Assembly (NCBI GenBank): GCA_012295275.1
Contig: CM022670.1
Location: 13,392,001 to 13,456,000 of the forward strand
Direction: 5' to 3'
From: Chrysomallon squamiferum
Lineage: Eukaryota > Animalia > Mollusca
Length of the DNA: 64,000 nucleotides
In this document: in pieces, positions 55,877 through 64,000 of the stretch
Layout: the number at the start of each line of letters is the position of its first letter
Numbering within the stretch: the first letter of the stretch is position 1
Notes under the pieces: generated by a model
The model's input: only the letters and a program-made list of their open reading frames with translations
What the model was told of the DNA's origin: nothing
Database searches by the model: none
Position numbers and translations under genes: made by a program

Positions 55877-56997
55877 GTAAACTGGGATAGTATCTTATTT
55901 TAACACAATTATTTGAAGTGTATTTGCATTATTAAGAGTGTTCGTTTCTAAGGAGTTCAGGTGTTTTGTGAAGATGTTTGTATATATACGTGATTTCTGT
56001 GCTATTTATTGGAACTGGGAAAATTCAAACTTGCTAGTCTGCAGAACAAATGACTATGAAATCTGTAAACAGTCCATAATGTTGGTTTCTTGGCACTCTT
56101 TTGTCATTTTCAGTGAATTAGACCAAAGACTTATTTTTCTGATTTAGATAACTTCATGATGTTTTGAAATATGTTCATCACCTATATTTTTTTATTTTCA
56201 CACAACCATTTTGACTTCTGTTTAACATCTGTTGTATTCCATTTTCAAACATGGTATTAATTTCTGATATTTCACAACCTATGTTTTATCATGTCTAGAC
56301 AACTATATGATCAGATTTATGTACTTTATACAGAAACCTATGCTGTCTTGTTTAAAAACAAAAATTTGTCATCTTAAAAGATTTATGCTGTTTGTTGAGA
56401 TACATTTATTGTCATAAGTACAGACACTGTCATTCTAAGAACTTCAAAGATTATTTATTCATTTTTTTTAATTATTATTATATAAATATCTTGATGATTG
56501 TTTTCTATGTCATTAAATAACCTTACATTTCAAATATTTCTCACCATTTTTTGTAGTTTACACATAATACTTTGCATTAACAGTACGGGAATTATACCTC
56601 TAGCCATTCATCAAAACCTCCAAAAATTTAAATTGAAGACAAAAATAAAATACAGGTAGGTCATGTAAAGGTGAAATTACTGACAGAAACTTACTCTGAA
56701 AAGAACTAAGACAAATGTTAAACAAGAAAAATAATGTTTTGCTTACCTGTATATACCTGCATACAAGTTCTTGATTAAAAAGTCCAGTAGGTAAACTCCA
56801 AGTACATCTGAGATAGGACCTATCAGTCAAATAGGCTATCTCCTTCACAACCAATGTGGACCTGTCCATTAGCTAAACAGGGGTGACAGTGTGGTTATTT
56901 GTTTGTTTGTTCAGTTTGTACTTGATAAAATAAAATCATTTTTATATTTGTTCTTTGCAACAGTTTATTTAATAAAAATAATAATAACAAAAAAAAT

Positions 56998-57035
<38 letters not shown>

Positions 57036-59708
57036 TAATAATAAATAAATAAATAAAAATGATAGTAATAATAATAATCATCATCATCATTATTTTTATT
57101 ATTGTTGTTGTTGTAATTATTATTATTATTATTATTAAAATTTTATTTGGAAATCAGTCCTGCATTAATGGATGACTAGCTGAAGGTGTTGGAAATCATG
57201 AACATCCCACTGGTCATTTCAAAAAATCTATTCAAAATTATAATGAAAAATTCTTTTCCTTTTTCAAGTTTATACACACATGCATTAACACATGTGCAAA
57301 TATATACACACACTTTGAATTATTTCCCATTCCAATAGAACTCCATTCTAATCTGAACTAGAATTTTTTTTAGAAGATTTCCACATTTTTCACTATATCA
57401 TTAATATTTTATTATCTTTAAACATATATTTTAATAAACAATGACTTTGAAACATTAATCTCTAATTAAATATTAATGGGGGGGAAAAAGAATCCATCTA
57501 ACACCACAAAGTAAATATTGTGTTGTATATTTTATTCATCTACAGGCAGTCTCTGAATTTTGTGTTAATTTTTTTTTTTAATTTTGGAGGAGACTGTGTC
57601 ACTAAAGCATTAGACTGTATGTCTTGAAGTTATATTTGCAGGGTATTCTGTAGACTGGTTAAAGACTTGTAATGTAAATTTATATTCTGGTTTTACAGAA
57701 TAATGATATCAGTTATTTTGATTTTTAGGCCCAAAAAATGTTTGTTTTTTTCCTTTTTTATCTTTTTAAAAAAAAAAATAATAAAGAGACAGGAAATATC
57801 AGATGGGCAAGATGTTTCAAATGGCTCAAAAACAACATAAACTACATAAGATAAAAACAAGTCTAAGCAAGATGTTTAAATTTATGTTGCAGCCTCTGAA
57901 AAATAGAGGTGCAAAGTTTGAATGTTTACTGCTGAAATGTTTACAAGGTTTGTAAATAATATTAACTATTCACATCACATTGCGTCATTTGTGTAGATTG
58001 AATTTACATAATTATTAATTATCTCATTAAAACATCTTGGACTGTTTTGAACAAGGCAACACACTGGAATAATAAGAAGTCAGTAACAGAACTGAGAACT
58101 GATAACATAATAATAACCTCTGGATACTCGGGAAGAAAACAGGAGATAGTCATAAAGTTTATCTATCATTGTTAAAATGTACCTATAGCAGGATGAACTT
58201 ATAGTCTATATATATTTCATATACTTACATTTAGGTTACTTGTCTTACACATCTTGTTGAACAAAATAGATACTGTGCATGGCCATAACTATATTGAGGC
58301 AAATGAGTCATACCAAAATGAATGATTTTTATTTATTTTTTATTTTTTTATTTTTTGAATCCAAAGATTTAATTTAAAAAGTATATAAAATATAAATCTC
58401 TATTCAATAAAAACGATACCCACTGAATAATTTTGTTCATGTCTGAGGTTACCGTTTGAATTCTATTAAGAAAAAGATGCCAGGAAATGGTTAGAATCAA
58501 GGATTTTGCATCTTTCTAGTTTCTTGGAGCCTATGGTGGCCCCCAGACCCCTGGCCAAACCTTTATTCCCCTCATTTCAAAAAGAGTCTAGTTACGACCA
58601 TGCTGTGTATTATGATTATACAAAAACATATGTGCAATACTTTTTTTTAAACTGTTAGGATATTATTATCATTTTATATTAAAATACCACATTAATAAAT
58701 AACAACATATTTATTAAATGAAAATATAGTTTATTAAAATATTACAAAATACAAATATGTTATTGCAAGCTTATTATAATAATACATGAATGACACTGAT
58801 TATATCTACATACATAAACATCGAAAATGTAACAAAGTATTTTCATGTATTTAATGCAGGAGCTGATGATATTGTAGTTTTTATAATAATATGTGCTTTA
58901 ATGCTATGCATGTAATTATCTTACAAGAATGCCAAATAACAATGAAAATGTCGCATAACGACAGAGCCCTTTTAAACAGCTAACATGTTTGGGTTTTTTA
59001 AATTACAATTAAATTTTGTTTGAATGTCCATAAAAAATATATAAATGTAAATAATTAAATACATGTATTACGAGGCTTTTAAGTTGAAAAACGAAAATTA
59101 ATAAATAGTAATTAAAAAAATAATAATAATAAAAATAAAATCTATATTTCAAACTATCAAAGTGGATGCACGTATAGCAGAAAGACGCATTTATATTCGA
59201 AACTAATTAAATAGCTTTAATATGAAATAATAATAAATCATATTCAAAAGAAGCTGTCAAAGGTCATGGGGTATTATAACTTGTCTTCTGAAATTACGTG
59301 ACACTTCATATATTTCATCGCCGAAATAATTCATCTATTTAAACAAACAAGATTGTTACTGATTTTAATAATTTAAAAATTTCATGCCAGTATTTTGCTG
59401 AAATTATGTATACGTTTGCTTTTGACAATGTCCAACTTCCGCCCGAACTGAAATAAAACTTTGTAGGCGTCAGCTAAATATACAACACATTCCTGAGTAA
59501 TCATTTGTGGTTTGAATGTAAAATTTAAAAAACAAAATAAAAAAATCTCATTCGCAGTCCATTTGAGGTTTACGTTTACAATTGTCATTTGCTTTCTATG
59601 ATATACACAAAATGGTTTCTGTAACTTTTGATTCATCATATATGTTTTTGCTATTTATTAATAACCTGGAAGATAACAGGATAATATATTTTAAAATGAG
59701 AGGTGAAA

Positions 59709-60356
59709 TTACAGTCTAGTTGTATGTTGATCAAATCCTTCATTTTCGTAGCCACTGTTGCTGACTGCAACCTTTTCGCCGCCATTGGTCCCTATTTGGT
59801 CAAAAGCGTCGTTTATTTCCTGCGCACGTTCACGTTGTTCTTTCCCGCGTTTTTTTCTGTCTTCGCTCTTGTATCGGAATTTTTCAATGAAGCATGCTCC
59901 TGCTACTGGAATAAAGAACACAGCCGCTGCAATACCACCAACCATAATGTTGTAGCGGTATTTGTCTATCTTCGAACTGTATGCAGGCTCGTATAAATTT
60001 AGCGCTCTCACTACTCTGACGTACTCAACGTTGTTACGTTCTACAGTGCAGACGTACACACCATGATCCTCGTCGCTTATCTTCTTAATTTTAAGCACCA
60101 TTCCATTTACGTTATTTTTGTCGATTACTTGATACTTGTCATTGTTCAGACCAGACGATCCTGTAATTGTGATTTGGTTCGGCGTTAGCCAAGTTACTGT
60201 ATCACTAGGTTCTAGCCTAGCATTGGAGTCGTTGCATTCCAGTTCTCCATCGCTGCCAATAACAAACTGGAATCCCCATTTGGGCTCGGTACGCCAGTCT
60301 ATTTCCGCTTGCACCAAAAGAGGGAGGAAAACCAGTAAAACAGCTACAGGCGACAT
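59709..60356 (-). CDS. Single-Ig-domain type-I membrane protein, paralog 4
   Basis: Signal peptide; ELEC...WLTPNQ...DHGVYVC; TM GGIAAAVF; tail with YENEGF; C-terminal TRL. Acceptor at 60362. Confidence 0.88.
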   Translation of the reverse strand: MSPVAVLLVFLPLLVQAEIDWRTEPKWGFQFVIGSDGELECNDSNARLEPSDTVTWLTPNQITITGSSGLNNDKYQVIDKNNVNGMVLKIKKISDEDHGVYVCTVERNNVEYVRVVRALNLYEPAYSSKIDKYRYNIMVGGIAAAVFFIPVAGACFIEKFRYKSEDRKKRGKEQRERAQEINDAFDQIGTNGGEKVAVSNSGYENEGFDQHTTRL

Positions 60357-60431
60357 GTCAACTAAAAAAAAAAAAAAAATTTAAACATTTTTATTGTATA
60401 TATATTAAAATATATACTATAAATCAACAAG

Positions 60432-60464
<33 letters not shown>

Positions 60465-60667
60465 TAGATTGGGAAGGTCTACTCTTTGGGTCAGAGTAAA
60501 ATCATAAAATAATAATAGCTAAGCCTATTAGTTCTTTCTTTGACACCCACTCTAATTAGTTTAGTATATTTATTTTACGTTGACTTAAAACGAAAAACCA
60601 GCAGTAGTTTATTTACTGTCATTATTCTTAAAATGAATTAACGAGTTTCTAACTCGTATGTAATTAT

Positions 60668-61000
60668 TGCAGGCTCGTAGGCATAGGTTGTCGAGGGGTG
60701 CGTACGCACCCAACACAGCCTGCCGAGGTGCAGAACAAAAATAATAATAAATAAAAATGTATATATTTTAAAGCGTAATAGAAATGTCCAGTAACGTAAG
60801 CAATGTTGTTAATATTGCGCGGATCCGTTCTGATAAACACTAAGATCATTATCTCCCTTTGCAATTACGTCCCAGAAAATGCATCTCCTGCATTCTAGAT
60901 TTTAAAACATTTCGAGCGGCACATGCTTCAGGTCCCCCTCCCCAGCAACGACAGCTCTTTAGCTTGTCGATTCCGCACCCCTCCCTATAGATTTTTGCAT
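60668..61000. mobile_element. GC-rich MITE-like insertion
   Basis: AGGGGTGCG near the 5' end and its inverted copy CGCACCCCT near the 3' end, with an internal AAAATGCATCTC...CCCC motif. Similar fragments at about 58470-58605 and 16400-16640. Confidence 0.35.
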
Positions 61001-62529
61001 GTTGTAGTTAGCTAATTAAAGAAACCAATCCCGAGATGAACTTTACATTTCTTACAACATGAATCACCCGAGATGACTATGCTAGGTAGGGCTGTGCAGG
61101 TACGGCTGAATGTGCACACATAAACGTAAACAAATCGACGCGTGATATCTCTACGCAAGAGTTTTCTTAAGTTCGAAATGAGATACAATGCACACATAGT
61201 AGAAGAAAAGGACTGCAAATAACAAACAGATTAAATGAATGAAATATACTATACAAATTTATCAAAACTGAAATAAGAACGAAACATAAATAAAAAGAAG
61301 AACATGGAGTGTTGTTCGAGAGTTTACGGCAGGGTCGCATATCTAGTCGCTGTTTACTTAAAGGATCATGCAAATAGAATTATGCAAATATTGCTTACGT
61401 GCACAGACTTGTCCACCGACCTAGTTTACATTGTAAAAAGCTTCTATCTTGATGAATCTAATATTTAGGATAATAACTAGTAAAATAGTCAACTTTTTTC
61501 TTGCTCTGTTTATGAAAAAGTAAAACTGGTTTGACTACATATTTCGGAATAAATCATCTTGCAAACCGAAAAGGAGGTCACACATCGTTGAATCTTTGAA
61601 CAAAGTTTTTATATTATACAATAAATTTATTTTTGAAACACACTAGTACAACTGTTATATTTATGCATGTTAAAGAAAGCTTCTCTTACCTTCAAATTAA
61701 ATTTTCTTCCCTTTGTCTTCTTTTGGCGGTTTTTGTTGTAGATAGTTTGTCTCCGTTTGTGGAAAGATTGATGAGTATACGTGTATGTTGTACTGTCACA
61801 CAAGACTGGCTGCGTCACGGTGTTATGCTGATACATAAATAGATTCGAAGCTATTATACCGTACTTGTATCAAGTCATTGAATTTTGCGTGGCTAGCCTT
61901 TTGGAAAACTTAGCAGGGAAATATACGTCATCTATTGGTAAACTGTAACTAAATACGATATTTTAATATGTAAAAACGATGATAATGTTTGGTTCTTTGT
62001 TTGGTTGTGTGTTTTAAATTCTATCAGTTATAAACAGTATATTGTTTAAAAACACGAAAAATCTTATTTTTTTTTTTTTTTATTTTTGTTTGAAAGCCGG
62101 TATTTAGCAGCAAAAGAATTATTTTATAAACCGCTGGGTGAGGCTGTGTATCGTTGTATAAAATGTGATTTTTTTTTCTTTGTGAAATGTGTAATCCTTG
62201 TAAAAGGCTTCAAAGGCCACGAGAGCGTAAAAACTGTTTCTTGGTACGTTATTTTTACTATTTTTTTTTTTTTTTTTTTTTTTTTTAGTTTTTATTTTAA
62301 TTTACTACTAGTACTAACACCACAAGCAATACATCAACAATAACTACTACTACAACTATTATTATTATTATTATTATTATTGTTGTTGTTGTTGTTGTTG
62401 TTGTTGTTTTTGTTTTGTATTGCAGCGAATGAAATATATCGGCAGAAAGCATTAATGGAAGATATTTTGACTGCTATTTACATTTTTATTTATTAATGTA
62501 TTTGCTGATTTTTGATGATCATGATGGTG

Positions 62530-62580
<51 letters not shown>

Positions 62581-63160
62581 TAACAATGAAACTATTTTTT
62601 AGGTTGAAAATTGCGTTCTCTCTCAGGTTATCTTCCTCTCACTAGACTTAATATACTCTTGAAAGATGAAATAGAAATTCTTTATTCAAACATAATCATG
62701 CAGTTGTTTAAAAGTAAGTTTATCCTAGGAATTTAAATTTATTATATTAACAAATTCTGCTCTATTCCTAATGACATACTGACACAAAACCAACATACGA
62801 TTTTTTGTAATTTCGCACACAATTAGCAGATACTTACGTACATAAACACATTTTTAAACATTATATATATATATATACGACTGTGCACACACAACAAAGA
62901 TCAAGGTTGGCTAGGCCTAATAAGTTGAGTAAGCCATAAAACAAATCTTCTTGAATTTGTGCACACAAAAGCAACAATACAACGCGTCCGGTGATGACAT
63001 AAATCTTTTTTTTATTTTTGTCCCCGAGTCCAAACTTTAATAGCGTCACGTCAAGTCATTCCTTTGGAATGTTGTAATTAATGAATGTGAAAAACAGTTC
63101 GAGTTTCAAAAGTCTTTAACCAGCTGCTTAACGACAGGGCTGCAGCATTTAATAAATTAA

Positions 63161-63199
<39 letters not shown>

Positions 63200-64000
63200 A
63201 TTAATTAATTAATTAATTAATTAATTAATTTATTTATTTATTTATTTCGATTTAAAAATCATAACGTACTAGACGTCAAATAAGGTAGAGAAGTTCGACC
63301 TTAAGAAAACAGTTTCATTTTGAACAAATGGCGGGACTGTTTTATACAGTTTCGAGAGACGATCCATTAATCGTTCATCAGAAAACATTTTTGGTATCTG
63401 ACAATTGATAGAAATCAGCTGATATTTTCAGACTTAGTTTCGGAAAACAGCGGAAAACAGCGCAGTGGGAGCGAAGAGGACCGATCATGTTTTACTTTAT
63501 ATTCTATACAAAATGACTGTTAAGGCAAATGAATACAAGAATGTAAATGATCATTGGAACAAATACACACCCTGGGACAGAAAGGAAGAAAAAGAAGGAA
63601 AACCTTAACAACAAAAACTACAATGGTCAGATTAATGAGCAGTTTTCCAAATTCACTTTGAATTAATTATTCATGACCTTTTCATTCAATTCATCTTGTT
63701 AATCAGAATTCGTGTTACTTAACATATATATATATATATATACTGGTTTTATCAGTTTTTATATCATTACATGTCAGCCGCACATTTCACATAAACGATA
63801 ACAACAATTAAAATAAATAAATAAATAATAACAGTAACAACAACAACAACAGAAGCAGCAACAACAACATATATGTTTGAATAAAATAACTTTTTTTTTA
63901 GACATGTTTTTACATTGTGACTTGAAACTGTTCCTAGACGGATCTAAATTTAACATAAGAAAAATGAATAAATCGGATTAAATATTTATGTAGTGTTTTT

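Noticed and set aside
57788-58175. Two open stretches of about 45-55 codons on the + strand
   Set aside because: No convincing splice linkage or motif. They could belong to the hypothetical + gene but cannot be supported.

Overview
AT-rich, intron-rich animal DNA, probably lophotrochozoan or gastropod; this taxon call is inference from gene content and SINE remnants. Left to right: (1) CLPB/Skd3 (ankyrin + AAA+ mitochondrial disaggregase), + strand, 14 coding exons, 5' end not found in the window. (2) A convergent USP35/USP38-family deubiquitinase on the - strand, with 7 coding exons, a frame break inside the catalytic domain, about 21 kb of 5' intron, and a candidate alternative first coding exon. 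(3) An intact initiator tRNA-Met and a degenerate inverted copy, bracketing a single-CDS-exon KCTD8/12/16-family gene. (4) A tandem cluster of four divergent single-Ig type-I membrane proteins. Each is encoded by one exon with a splice acceptor just before its ATG, and they carry Tyr motifs and mostly PDZ-type tails. The two middle Ig genes lie in a CpG-depleted domain that also holds an in-frame chain of + strand micro-exon candidates, possibly an unannotated host gene. A hammerhead-like motif lies near 47.75 kb. All analysis was by eye; no searches were run.
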